A stretch of 64,000 nt of DNA from an uncultured Spirochaetota bacterium (GCA_963783575.1 CAWAOD010000011.1:1-64000); one strand, 5' to 3'; shown: positions 28,401-39,244, numbered from the stretch's first letter. Notes: generated by a model from the sequence alone, not told the origin. Translations and numbers: made by a program.

Positions 28401-28408
28401 AAAAATAA
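10468..28408 (+). CDS. trans-AT PKS gene B: docking-KR-cMT-ACP-ACP-KS-DH-KR-ACP-KS-DH-KR-cMT-ACP-KS-DH-KR-(first part of a degenerate ACP)
   Basis: ORFs 10468-12270, 12293-12949, 12846-13085 and 13046-28408 join across frameshifts at ~12263, ~12864 and ~13030. The joined product is colinear with the intact paralogous KR-cMT at ~21290-23830. cMT motif IIEIGAGTGGT occurs twice. RBS AAAGGGGA. Confidence 0.9.
13191..13990 (+). repeat. Tandem duplication of linker plus ACP, 414-bp period
   Basis: 13191-13576 matches 13605-13990. Both encode EYGIDSIIGIQLIQSINQALMIEIETISLFD. Confidence 0.95.
15839..21198 (+). repeat. Near-identical 5.36-kb copy of 406-5763 (DH-KR-ACP-KS-DH)
   Basis: Begins at CTGCCGACGTATCCATTT (LPTYPF) and ends at GGGTTGAC. 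Only scattered SNPs seen (WEGS/WKGS, QRF/QKF, DIW/DTW). Confidence 0.95.
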
Positions 28409-31400
28409 AGTTTATACTCTTGATAAAATTAAAATAGAGGAAATTATTAATAATCTCAATAATAAATACGGTTTTAAACTGAAAATGGAAGATTTTATAA
28501 AATATCCAAATATTCGCAGTTTTTCAGAGTTCATTGCAAAAGAATATCCAAAAATATTTGATAATTTATTTAATGAGAATCTTTCAAAAAGAGCATTTAT
28601 CAGAAATGAAATCAATGAGATAGAAACTGTAATGACAGTAGATCTACGTGGAAAGGCTATAGAATACTTTAAAAAGCTTCTTTCAACAACATTAAAACTG
28701 CCGGTGAATCAAATTGAAGCTGATGCTCCATTGGAAAAATATGGTATAGATTCAGTTATGATTATGGAATTAACTAATAAATTAGAGGGGGTGTTTGGGT
28801 CGTTATCAAAGACTTTATTTTTTGAATATCAGGATATAGGAAGTCTAACCGATTATTTTCTAAAATCATACCACGAAAAGATGATTGAAATATTGGATGG
28901 TGGAGAAAAAAAGGATAAATATATTGAAAGTACAAAAAATCGGGAAGAAAATGGGGTAACGATAAAAGATTCGATCAGAAATAGGAGGCGGACACATTTT
29001 GGTAATATAATTACAGGGCAAAAGGAAATAAAAAGGGGAGAGGACATAGTAATCATAGGGATATCAGGGAGGTATCCCGGAGCAAGGAATTTGAATGAGT
29101 TTTGGGAAAACCTGAGGAACGGCAGGGACAGCATTAAGGAGATTCCTGAAAACAGATGGAACTGGAAAAAATATTTTGATGAAGATAAAAATAAGCTTGG
29201 GAAAATATATACGAAATGGGGCGGATTTATTGAAGGAGTAGATGAATTCGATCCATTGTTTTTCAATATATCACCGCGAGAAGCGGAAATAATGGATCCG
29301 CAGGAGAGGCTATTTTTAGAGTGTACATATCAGACTATAGAGGATGCGGGATATACAAGAGAAAATATAGTTGAAGAAAAAAAAGGCCTAAAACCAGGAA
29401 ACAGAATTGGGGTCTATACAGGAGTGATGTATGATGAATATCAATTATATGGAGCTCAAGAACAAGTGAAAGGTAGGATGTTATCAGTCGGGGGAAATTC
29501 CTCTTCTATTGCAAATCGGGTCTCATATATATTTAATTTTCATGGTCCTAGCATAGCGCTGAATACTATGTGTTCTTCGTCGTTGACGGCTATCCACCTG
29601 GCGTGTCAAGGCATAGAGAGAGGGGAATGTGATACTGCGATAGCTGGAGGAGTGAACGTATCCATACATCCGAATAAGTATCTCATGCTCTCGCAGGGAA
29701 AGTTTGCGTCTAGTAAAGGAAGGTGTGAAAGTTTCGGGCAGGGCGGAGACGGATATGTGCCCGGAGAGGGAGTAGGAGCAGTTCTGCTCAAGCCGTTATC
29801 GAAAGCGGTAGAGGATGGCGACCATATCTACGGTGTGATACGGGGCAGCATGATCAACTCCGGGGGCAAGACGAACGGATATACCGTACCGAACCCTATA
29901 GCGCAGGGTGAAGTGATAAAGGAAGCTATAGAGAAGTCGGGGGTGAACGCGCGATCGATCAGCTATATAGAGGCGCATGGGACCGGGACATCGCTGGGCG
30001 ATCCGATCGAGATAGCTGGATTGACGAGAGCGTTCCGTCAGTATACGGATGATAAGCAATTTTGCGCGATAGGGTCTGTAAAATCGAACATCGGACATTG
30101 TGAGAGCGCGGCGGGAATAGCGGCGGTCACAAAGGTACTGCTGCAGATGAAACACAGAGAGCTTGTTCCAAGCCTGCATTCCGAGGAATTGAACCCGAAT
30201 ATAGATTTTGGTGAGACACCGTTTATAGTGCAGAGGAGATTGTCGGAATGGGAAAGCCCTGAGGGAAAACCTAGGATAGCGGGAATATCAGCGTTTGGGG
30301 CTGGAGGAGCGAACGCGCATATTATAATAGAGGAATATATTGACGGCAGAGGAAAAGGAAAGTCTGTCAAAGCAAACAGCGATACCCCGGCGGTCATTGT
30401 GCTGTCGGCGAGAAACGAGGAAAGACTGAAAGAAAGGGCGAGGGATCTTATAAATTGGATAGAAAGAGAAAGCCATGGTGATGAGGAACTGGTAGACATA
30501 GCTTATACATTGCAGGTAGGCCGTGAAGGAATGGAAGAGAGATTAGGTTTTACTGCGTGTACAAAACAGGAGCTTAAGGAGAAACTGGCGGGATACTTGA
30601 AAGGAGAGGAAGGGATAGCGGACATATACCGGGGGTCGGTGAAGATGAATAAGGAGGCGTTGTCACTGTTCACGGTGGATGAGGATTTGCAGAAAGCGGT
30701 GGAAAACTGGATCGGTAAGGGGAAATACATCAAGATACTGGACCTATGGGTGAAGGGAATGGTGTTTAACTGGAACAGGCTGTATGGGGAAGAGACACCG
30801 CAAAGGATAAGCCTGCCGACATATCCATTTGCGAGGGAAAGGTACTGGGTAGAAGAGACGGGAAATAAGGTAGTGGCCAGTGGAACTGGTATGAAGAAGC
30901 TGCACCCGATGGTGCATGAGAACACGTCGAGTCTGATGGAGCAGAGGTTCAGTTCGGTATTTACGGGCGAAGAGATATTCCTGAAAGACCATAAGGTGAA
31001 TGGGCGGAATGTATTGCCGGGTGTGGCGTACCTTGAGATGGCGAGGGAGGCGATGGAATGCGCTGCGGAGGTTGAAGGAGGTGGGAAAGAGGGAATAAGG
31101 CTGAAGAACGTGGCATGGGCGAGGCCTGTAGTGGTGGAAGATAGCCCGGTAAAGGTAAATATCGGGCTGTATCCGAACGGGAACGGGGAAATAGAGTACG
31201 AGGTGTACAGCGAAAGCGGGGAAGGAGAGGCGGTGGTACATAGCCAGGGAACGGCAGAGGTAACGGAAGTGAAGGAAGAGTCAAAGATAGATATAGAAGG
31301 GCTTCGCGGACGGAAATGGGACAGAGAGCTGAGGGCGGAAGAATGTTACAAAAAATTCAGCGGGATGGGGATAGAGTATGGGCCGGGTCATCGCGGGATA

Positions 31401-33019
31401 GAAATGATATATTGCGGGGAAGGAGAGGTATTGGCGAAACTGGCGATGCCGTCAGAGGTAAAGGAAGAAGCCGGGGAGTATGTCCTGCATCCATCGATGA
31501 TGGACAGTGCGTTTCAGTCTGTGATAGGGCTTGGAGGCTCCGGAGGAGGAGCGGCGCTGCCGTTCGCCATAGATGAGGTGGAGATCAGGGGAAGCTGCGT
31601 AGAGTCAATGTGGGCGGTAATAAGGAACAGTGAAGGCGGGAATGATAAGAAATTCGATATAGATCTATGTGATGAAGAAGGGAAAATATGTGTCCGGATG
31701 AAAGGTCTGTCATTACGATCGATAGGCGGCATAGAAAGCTCGGGGTTAATGATGCTTGAGCCGGTGTGGAAGGAAGAAACGGTAAAAACAGATTCTATGA
31801 CAGAGGAATATGCAGATCGAGTAGTATTCCTGTGTGAAATTGATGGAGTAAATGAAGAGGAAATAGCAGCCCGAATGAATGAAGTGCGGTTTGTAAACTT
31901 AAAACCCGGGAAAAAAGGCAAGGAAAGAATAGATGACAGATATGAGGCATACGCGAAGAGGATGATAGAAGAAATCCGGGGGATAATCAGGAAGAAGCCT
32001 GAAGGCCGGGTGTTGGTGCAGGCAATAATGTCGCCGGGAGAAGAAAAGAGTTTATTCGGCGGGTTGATGGGAATATTGAAGACAGCGGAGCAGGAGAACC
32101 CGAAGATAACTGGACAAATGATAGAGTTGGAAGGGAATGAAATTACGGAAGTGGTGGCGTTGAAGCTGGAAGAAAACGCGAGAGAGGCGGCAGGAGGGAG
32201 AATAAGGTATAGTGAGGGAAAGAGATGGCTTGAGGAATATAAGGAAATAGAACAGGGTAAAGATACGGAAGAAATACCGTGGAAAGATGGAGGAGTGTAC
32301 CTGATCACAGGGGGAACCGGGGGATTGGGAAGGATATTTGCGGAAGAGATAACGGAGAAAGCGAAGGAAACCGTATTGATATTAACGGGACGGTCGGAGT
32401 TGAGCGAAGAAAAAAAGGATTGGATAAAAGAACTGGAACAGAAGGGGAGTCAGGTTAAATATAGTCAGACCGACATCACAGTCCGGGAAGAGGTTGAAGG
32501 ACTGATTAAATTGATTAAAGAGAAATACGGCAAGCTGGACGGGATCATCCACAGCGCGGGAGTGACCAGGGATAACTTTTTTCTGAAAAAGAGCATAGAG
32601 GAAGTGGAAGAGGTTCTTAGACCCAAAGTAAAGGGAGTGGTAAATCTGGATGAAGCAAGCAGGGGATTGAAGTTAGATATCTTCATACTATTTTCATCGA
32701 TGGCAGGTGCGCTGGGGAATGTGGGACAGGCTGATTACGCGGCGGCGAATGGGTTTATGGATACTTATTCAAGGTATAGGAATGGACTTGGTGAGTCGGG
32801 TGATAGATATGGTCGAATGTTATCAATAAACTGGCCGCTGTGGAAAGAAGGCGGGATGAGAGTGGATGAGGAAAAAGAAAAAATGATGCTACGGCAGATA
32901 GGATTGATAGCGATGAAAACGGAAACAGGGATACACGCATTATACCGGAGTATGGGGTCTAGGAAGGACCAGGTAATGGTAATGGCAGGATACATAAACA
33001 GGATACGAGAGAAAATGCT
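24994..33019 (+). repeat. Direct repeat: 24994-28257 recurs at 29756-33019 (C-terminal half of KS-DH-KR)
   Basis: Offset 4762. Starts at TGTGCCCGGAGAGGGAG (VPGEG) and ends at GAAAATGCT. Only a few differences seen (e.g. KGAQ vs KGSQ). Confidence 0.95.
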
Positions 33020-36000
33020 TTCAAGGCAGATAGGTTCTGGAGAAAAGAGAGAGGAGACTAAAGTAAGAAATGAAAAGCCAGTATTATCGGGGGCTGATAA
33101 CGTAATACTCCGTGAGAAAGGGGTCAATTACTTTAGAAAACTTATTTCGACAACATTGAAGTTACCGATGAATCAAATCGAAACAGATGCATCATTAGAC
33201 AAGTATGGTATAGATTCTATAATAGGTATGGAATTAACCAATAAATTAGAAATAGTGTTCGGTTCCTTGTCAAAAACATTGTTTTTTGAATACCAGGATA
33301 TAGAGAGCCTTACCGATTATTTCCTAAAATCATACCACAGAAAGATGATTGAAATATTAGGAGAAGTTGAAAAAAAGAGGTTAACGATCGAAGATACAAG
33401 AAATTGGGAAGCAGGCGGATCGGATATAAAAACGCCGATCAAAGATCGGAGGCGGACACGTTTTGGTAATATAGTCAGAGGGCAAAAGAAAATAACAAAG
33501 GGAGACGACATAGCAATCATAGGGATATCAGGGAGGTATCCCGGAGCGAGGAATTTGAATGAATTCTGGGATAATCTGAGGAATGGTATGAATAGTATCA
33601 CAGAGATTCCTAAAGACAGATGGGATTGGAGGGAATATTTTGATGAAGATAAGAGTAAACTTGGAAAAATATATACAAAATGGGGGGGATTTATTGATGA
33701 CATCGATAAATTCGATCCATTATTTTTTAAAATATCCCCTAAGGATGCGGAATTTATGGATCCGCAGGAGAGATTGTTTTTAGAAGAGGCTTATGCTAGT
33801 ATTGAAGACGCAGGATATACACCTGATAAAATCTGTAATAATAAAAAAGTGGGTGTATTCGTTGGTGTCATGAATATAAATTATCCAATGACTACAAACT
33901 ATTGGTCGATAGCGAACCGACTGTCCTATGTATTTAATTTTAAAGGGCCTAGTATGGTTGTAGATTCCGCCTGTTCTTCTTCATTAACGGCCTTATATTT
34001 AGCTGTAGAAAGCCTGCAAACTGGTTCCAGTGAGTGTGCAATCGCCGGAGGTGTTAATTTGATCGTATCTCCAATCCATTTCATAAAATTGTCAGCGATG
34101 GGTATGCTCTCGTCGAGTGATTATTGTAAGTCATTTGGAAGTCGAGCGGATGGCTTTGTTGATAGTGAGGGAGTGGGAGCAATGCTCCTCAAGCCATTAT
34201 CGAGGGCTATAGAGGATGGCGATCATATTTATGGGGTCATTAAGGGATCTATGCTAAATGCCGGGGGAAAAACAAATAATTATATGGTTCCAAATCCTGT
34301 AGCGCAGGGCGAAGTGATAAAGGAAGCTATAGAAAAGGCTGGAATAAATGCGCGATCGATTAGTTATATAGAGGCTCAGGGTACGGGGACTCCACTGGGT
34401 GATCCAATAGAGATAGTTGGATTAACAAGGGCCTTTCGACATTTTACAGACGATAAGCAATATTGTGCGATTGGCTCGGTAAAGTCAAATATAGGACATA
34501 GTGAGAGTGCGGCTGGAATGTCGGCCATAACAAAAGTATTACTTCAGATGAAACACAGGGAACTGGTACCGAGTCTGCATTCTGAAGAAATAAACCCGAA
34601 CATAGATTTCAGAGAGACTCCATTTGTATTACAGCATCAGCTATCAGAATGGAAAGTTCCGGAGGGACAGGCGAGAATAGCGGGAATATCGGCGTTTGGA
34701 GCTGGAGGATCGAACGCGCATATCATAATAGAGGAATATGTTGATGTCAAAGAAAAAGTTAATTTTATCAAAGTTGATAGTGATAATCCGGCGATCATAG
34801 TACTGTCTGCGAGGGAAGAGGAAAGGCTGAAGGAGAGGGCAAAGGATCTCATTAGCTGTATAGAAAGAGAAAGCTATGGGGATGAAATGTTGGCAGAAAT
34901 AGCCTATACTTTGCAGGTAGGCCGTGAAGGGATGGAGGAGAGACTGGGTTTTACCGCAGGTACAGTGAAAGAACTAAAAGAGAAATTGAAGGGTTATTTG
35001 GATGGTGAGGATGGATTAGAAAACGTCTATAAAGGACAGGCAAAAAAGAATAAGGAAATTTTATCAATATTAGCAATTGATGAAGATATGGCAAAAACAA
35101 TAAATGCATGGATTGAAAAAAAGAAGTATGGGAAATTATTGGATTTATGGGTTAATGGATTATTTTTTGATTGGAATTGTATATACAAGGGACAAAAACT
35201 TCAAAGAATAAGCCTTCCAACATATCCTTTTGCAAGAGAAAGTTATTGGTTGACAGCGGGAAAGAACGGGATAAACCGGGATAATTCAGTACAATTGGAA
35301 TTTCTGAAGCCCATAGCTCAAAAAAACAATAATGATTTGGTAAACAATGTGCAACCAAAAGAAATAAAGACAGAAGAATTAAAAGAAAAAGGTAAGGAAT
35401 ACTTTAAGAAGATCCTGGCTGAAATATTAAAAATTCCTGAAAATAAAATAGATACAATGGAATCTATCAATAATTATGGAATTAATTCCATTGGGATGAT
35501 ACAACTAACAAATTTATTAGGGAAAGTATTTGAAAATATTTCCTATTCTATTTTTGTTAATAATCCAAATATTGAGGCATTGGTTGACTATTTTATAAAA
35601 ACACAAAGAAAATCATTAATAAAATTAGTTGGAACAGAGGCAGAATTATTAGCAGATAAAGCTGAGAATGAAGTTATTAATGCAAAAAAAGACGATACTG
35701 ATATCGAATCATTATATCCTTGGGAAAAAGATAAAATGATGCCTTTAGGAGTCATCCGGAAAAATGATATTATATTATATAGACACGAAGCATCACCTAA
35801 AAGAATTTTATTAACTGGAGTGACAGGAACCGTAGGAGCATTTTTATGTAATGAATTATTAAAAAATACTTCAGCGAATCTATATTGTCTTGTCCGTGCT
35901 GAACTTGATTTGATTCATTTAAAAACACGTATTCAAAATAATTTAAAAAGATTCAAATTATGGAATAATGATTATCATTCACGTATAATACCGATAAGGG

Positions 36001-36908
36001 GGGATATCACAAAGCCTGGACTTGGAATTGAAAATAAGGTTTACAAAGAATTGAGTCAATCTATTGATACAATATATCATTGCGCAGCGAATGTAAACCA
36101 TGTCCTCGGTTATGATATGTTAAAAGCGCCAAACGTTGATGGGACATTGTCAATTATTGAATTTGCCGGGAAAGATAAAATAAAACCCATACAATTTATT
36201 TCTTCTATAGCGTTATGTATGCAAGCCAAAAGTTTTGATTCCATACAAATACATCTATCCGAAACTTTATTAGAAAATGGAAAATATATATTCGGAGGTT
36301 ATGGGCAGACAAAATGGGTTTCTGAACATCACCTTATACAAGCTTATGAATTGGGGATTCCGGTTATTATTTTTCGATTAGGACAGGTGACTGGTTCCAG
36401 TCAAAATGGTTATGGGATTACAGCTGATTTAATGCATAACTTTTTAAATTTATTTTCAAAAATTGGAAGTGTCCCCGATTGGGAAGAAGGCACTATCAAT
36501 ATTGTACCAATTGATTATGCTTGCCAAGTAATATTTACATTGAGCCGACAGACGCGATGTTTTGGAAATATATATAACTTAATCAATAATCGATCAATTC
36601 CAATACAAAATTATTTCAATTATTTACAAAAACAAAATCCGGCATTATCAAAAATTGCTTTTGATGTATGGGCTGATTCTTGTGTTAAATATATTGGGAA
36701 ATTTCCGGAAAGCGATGAGAAAAATATTTTAATGGGTTATTTTGAAAAAAATAAAACAGGCCAAAGATTATTTCAATATCATTTTGTAAATTTTAATTTC
36801 AGTAATATGAAATTGCAAAATGCACTAGAAAATACAGGCATCAAGTGCCCTATAATAGATGATGATTGGTGGGATAAAAGTATGAGCCAGATAAAAACAT
36901 TATGGTGA
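28398..36908 (+). CDS. trans-AT PKS gene C: (degenerate ACP remainder)-ACP-KS-DH-KR-ACP-KS0-ACP-thioester reductase (TD/R)
   Basis: GGGAG RBS then an in-frame ATG at 28398. The last KS has EAQGTGT in place of HGTGT. The terminal domain has ILLTGVTGTVG and YGQTK (extended SDR). Confidence 0.9.
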   Translation: MKNKVYTLDKIKIEEIINNLNNKYGFKLKMEDFIKYPNIRSFSEFIAKEYPKIFDNLFNENLSKRAFIRNEINEIETVMTVDLRGKAIEYFKKLLSTTLKLPVNQIEADAPLEKYGIDSVMIMELTNKLEGVFGSLSKTLFFEYQDIGSLTDYFLKSYHEKMIEILDGGEKKDKYIESTKNREENGVTIKDSIRNRRRTHFGNIITGQKEIKRGEDIVIIGISGRYPGARNLNEFWENLRNGRDSIKEIPENRWNWKKYFDEDKNKLGKIYTKWGGFIEGVDEFDPLFFNISPREAEIMDPQERLFLECTYQTIEDAGYTRENIVEEKKGLKPGNRIGVYTGVMYDEYQLYGAQEQVKGRMLSVGGNSSSIANRVSYIFNFHGPSIALNTMCSSSLTAIHLACQGIERGECDTAIAGGVNVSIHPNKYLMLSQGKFASSKGRCESFGQGGDGYVPGEGVGAVLLKPLSKAVEDGDHIYGVIRGSMINSGGKTNGYTVPNPIAQGEVIKEAIEKSGVNARSISYIEAHGTGTSLGDPIEIAGLTRAFRQYTDDKQFCAIGSVKSNIGHCESAAGIAAVTKVLLQMKHRELVPSLHSEELNPNIDFGETPFIVQRRLSEWESPEGKPRIAGISAFGAGGANAHIIIEEYIDGRGKGKSVKANSDTPAVIVLSARNEERLKERARDLINWIERESHGDEELVDIAYTLQVGREGMEERLGFTACTKQELKEKLAGYLKGEEGIADIYRGSVKMNKEALSLFTVDEDLQKAVENWIGKGKYIKILDLWVKGMVFNWNRLYGEETPQRISLPTYPFARERYWVEETGNKVVASGTGMKKLHPMVHENTSSLMEQRFSSVFTGEEIFLKDHKVNGRNVLPGVAYLEMAREAMECAAEVEGGGKEGIRLKNVAWARPVVVEDSPVKVNIGLYPNGNGEIEYEVYSESGEGEAVVHSQGTAEVTEVKEESKIDIEGLRGRKWDRELRAEECYKKFSGMGIEYGPGHRGIEMIYCGEGEVLAKLAMPSEVKEEAGEYVLHPSMMDSAFQSVIGLGGSGGGAALPFAIDEVEIRGSCVESMWAVIRNSEGGNDKKFDIDLCDEEGKICVRMKGLSLRSIGGIESSGLMMLEPVWKEETVKTDSMTEEYADRVVFLCEIDGVNEEEIAARMNEVRFVNLKPGKKGKERIDDRYEAYAKRMIEEIRGIIRKKPEGRVLVQAIMSPGEEKSLFGGLMGILKTAEQENPKITGQMIELEGNEITEVVALKLEENAREAAGGRIRYSEGKRWLEEYKEIEQGKDTEEIPWKDGGVYLITGGTGGLGRIFAEEITEKAKETVLILTGRSELSEEKKDWIKELEQKGSQVKYSQTDITVREEVEGLIKLIKEKYGKLDGIIHSAGVTRDNFFLKKSIEEVEEVLRPKVKGVVNLDEASRGLKLDIFILFSSMAGALGNVGQADYAAANGFMDTYSRYRNGLGESGDRYGRMLSINWPLWKEGGMRVDEEKEKMMLRQIGLIAMKTETGIHALYRSMGSRKDQVMVMAGYINRIREKMLSRQIGSGEKREETKVRNEKPVLSGADNVILREKGVNYFRKLISTTLKLPMNQIETDASLDKYGIDSIIGMELTNKLEIVFGSLSKTLFFEYQDIESLTDYFLKSYHRKMIEILGEVEKKRLTIEDTRNWEAGGSDIKTPIKDRRRTRFGNIVRGQKKITKGDDIAIIGISGRYPGARNLNEFWDNLRNGMNSITEIPKDRWDWREYFDEDKSKLGKIYTKWGGFIDDIDKFDPLFFKISPKDAEFMDPQERLFLEEAYASIEDAGYTPDKICNNKKVGVFVGVMNINYPMTTNYWSIANRLSYVFNFKGPSMVVDSACSSSLTALYLAVESLQTGSSECAIAGGVNLIVSPIHFIKLSAMGMLSSSDYCKSFGSRADGFVDSEGVGAMLLKPLSRAIEDGDHIYGVIKGSMLNAGGKTNNYMVPNPVAQGEVIKEAIEKAGINARSISYIEAQGTGTPLGDPIEIVGLTRAFRHFTDDKQYCAIGSVKSNIGHSESAAGMSAITKVLLQMKHRELVPSLHSEEINPNIDFRETPFVLQHQLSEWKVPEGQARIAGISAFGAGGSNAHIIIEEYVDVKEKVNFIKVDSDNPAIIVLSAREEERLKERAKDLISCIERESYGDEMLAEIAYTLQVGREGMEERLGFTAGTVKELKEKLKGYLDGEDGLENVYKGQAKKNKEILSILAIDEDMAKTINAWIEKKKYGKLLDLWVNGLFFDWNCIYKGQKLQRISLPTYPFARESYWLTAGKNGINRDNSVQLEFLKPIAQKNNNDLVNNVQPKEIKTEELKEKGKEYFKKILAEILKIPENKIDTMESINNYGINSIGMIQLTNLLGKVFENISYSIFVNNPNIEALVDYFIKTQRKSLIKLVGTEAELLADKAENEVINAKKDDTDIESLYPWEKDKMMPLGVIRKNDIILYRHEASPKRILLTGVTGTVGAFLCNELLKNTSANLYCLVRAELDLIHLKTRIQNNLKRFKLWNNDYHSRIIPIRGDITKPGLGIENKVYKELSQSIDTIYHCAANVNHVLGYDMLKAPNVDGTLSIIEFAGKDKIKPIQFISSIALCMQAKSFDSIQIHLSETLLENGKYIFGGYGQTKWVSEHHLIQAYELGIPVIIFRLGQVTGSSQNGYGITADLMHNFLNLFSKIGSVPDWEEGTINIVPIDYACQVIFTLSRQTRCFGNIYNLINNRSIPIQNYFNYLQKQNPALSKIAFDVWADSCVKYIGKFPESDEKNILMGYFEKNKTGQRLFQYHFVNFNFSNMKLQNALENTGIKCPIIDDDWWDKSMSQIKTLW

Positions 36909-39010
36909 TTGATACCTAATACTAAGTAGCAATCTATATAGAACTAATATCACGATATCCTTTTCAAGCTTTTTAATATCGGCTTCAATGGCTTCTAGCG
37001 GCCGGTGAGGCTCGTAACGGAAAAAATGGCGGTTGAGCGGTATTTCATAGCCTACTTTGGTTTTACTTTTATCGATCCAGGCATCCGGTACGTGGGGCAA
37101 AACCTCGCGTTTGAAGTATTCTTCGATGTTTTCTTTGAGCGGCACATTCTCGGTGTCGTGTAAATCGGGATCAGGCTCATATTCAACGGTTTGATTTTTC
37201 CTTTCATCTTCAATCTCGAAAAGACCGTATATAGGATCAGGATTATCCTTGAGTTTGTATTTGATCACCTTCATGGCGTTTTCATCCTTTTCCGCTAAGA
37301 TTGTCATTAATATCTTCAAACGTTTAGGTGTTAAAACGTTTTGATGTTCAAACGCGTTTTCTTTACATGTTTTTAAAAATTCATTGTAATCATAATGCGG
37401 TTCTTCCCCTATTATTTCCGCAACCCGCTTTACCAGAGTAGCGAGAGGGGAAGCATCGTTTTCTTCGCAATAATTTGTAAAATAATCCAATCTTTCCGTA
37501 TTTAATGAAACTTTCAGCCTGAGAGGGCGTTCCACAGTGATTTTGTTATAACCGAAATCGGCATTATCAAAGATTTTTGAAACAATAACCTTCTTCTTCA
37601 CACCTTCGATTTCCAGTGTCCGGGTTTCATCATGCTGAAAATTGCCGTATATTTTACTGATGACTGCTATCTTATTCGGCCTGTTTTCTTCACCATCGCC
37701 GATCTGATTGCGTTTATTACCAAGGCTCTTGCGCATTTTGACATAGAATTCACGAGAGTCGATCAGGTGGATTTTACCATTGCGTCTTTTTTCCTTACGG
37801 TTGGTGATGATCCATATATAGGTTGAAATACCGGTATTGTAAAATAGCTGGTCAGGCATTGCGATAATCGCTTCGAGCCAGTCATTTTCAATAATCCACT
37901 GTCGGATATTGGATTCTCCACTTCCCGCGTCGCCGGTAAAGAGCGGTGAGCCATTGAAGACAATGCTGATACGACTGCCTCCATCCTCGGGATTACGCAT
38001 TTTAGAAATCATGTGTTGAAGGAACAATAACGAGCCGTCATTAATCCTGGGTAGGCCTGCGCCAAAGCGGCCGTCATAACCGAGGGAATCATGCTCATTT
38101 TCAATAAACCTTTGCTGCTGTTTCCATTCTACTCCGAAAGGAGGATTGGCCAGCATGTAATCGAATTTGTCTTTAGGAAAGCCGTCTTTTTCAAAGGTGT
38201 CATCGGGCTTTATGTTGTCGGAATCTTCTCCTTTAATCAGCATATCAGCCCGGCAGATGGCATACGCTTCATCATTCCAGTCTTGCCCGAAAAGGTGCGG
38301 TTGAGCCTCGGAATTTAATGTTCTGATGTAGTTTTCAGCGACTGAAAGCATTCCCCCGGTTCCGCAGGCCGGATCATAGATTGTTTTCACTACATGACTT
38401 TTCCGCAAGTCGGTTTCTGGCGAAAGAAGCAGGTTGACCATGAGCTTGATGACTTCGTGCAGAGTAAAGTGCTCCCCGGCTTCCTCGTTTGCTTGTTCTG
38501 CCCCTATCCGTATAAGTTCTTCAAAAACATAGCCCATTTGCATATTTTCTATATTTGACGGAGAAAGGTCAATCTCATCGGAAGCAAATTTCTTGATGAC
38601 ATTGAAAAGTAAATTCTTTTCATTCATTTTATTTATTTGTACGCCAAACTCAAACCTCTCGAATATCTGCCGGACATTCGAGGAAAAAGCATTGATATTG
38701 CTATTCAAGTTCAGGGCAATTTAATTGGGGTCGTCGAGTAATTTTTTAAAGTTCAATTTAAAAGGTTATAGAATGGTACGCCTGTTATTGTCCTTAATTT
38801 AGCGCTTACAATATTATCGGACTTGCCTTTCAGGTTTTTGATTTCCGCTAAGACTTTATCTTTTGATGGTTCAAGAATAGAATCAAACCGACGCAATACG
38901 GTCAATGGCAGTATTACTTTCCGGTATTCATTTCTTTTATAAGGCCCGCGAAGTAAATTACAGATACTCCAGATGAAGTTAGCCATTTGACCATGTGTTT
39001 GCACTGACAT
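36900..39010 (-). pseudogene. hsdM: Type I restriction-modification methyltransferase subunit, orphan and probably degraded
   Basis: ANFIWSICNLLRGPYK N-terminus, DPACGTGG motif I, NPPF motif IV. Frameshifted at ~38710-38755. FTLHEV replaces the usual FTPREV. The tail runs into the PKS stop codon and no hsdS/hsdR follows. Confidence 0.85.
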
Positions 39011-39244
39011 AAGAACACTCCGATTCAATTTATTAATTTTCCATCTATTATATTTGAATGAATACAGGTTAATATTGTGGAAGCATTACGTCTTACTTTA
39101 AGTGTATATTCATTATAATTGTAACATATTATATTTGCAAAAAAATTTACCTGAAATGATCTCGGTACAGTCTACATATTTGAAGCAGATAGAGAACACA
39201 ACTATATTAACATATCATCTATTGAAAATAGAATCACCCTAGTA

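Noticed and set aside
263..35358. Many minus-strand ORFs across the PKS
   Set aside because: They are shadows of the purine-rich coding strand, Ser/Pro/Phe/Leu-rich, and repeat along with the modules.
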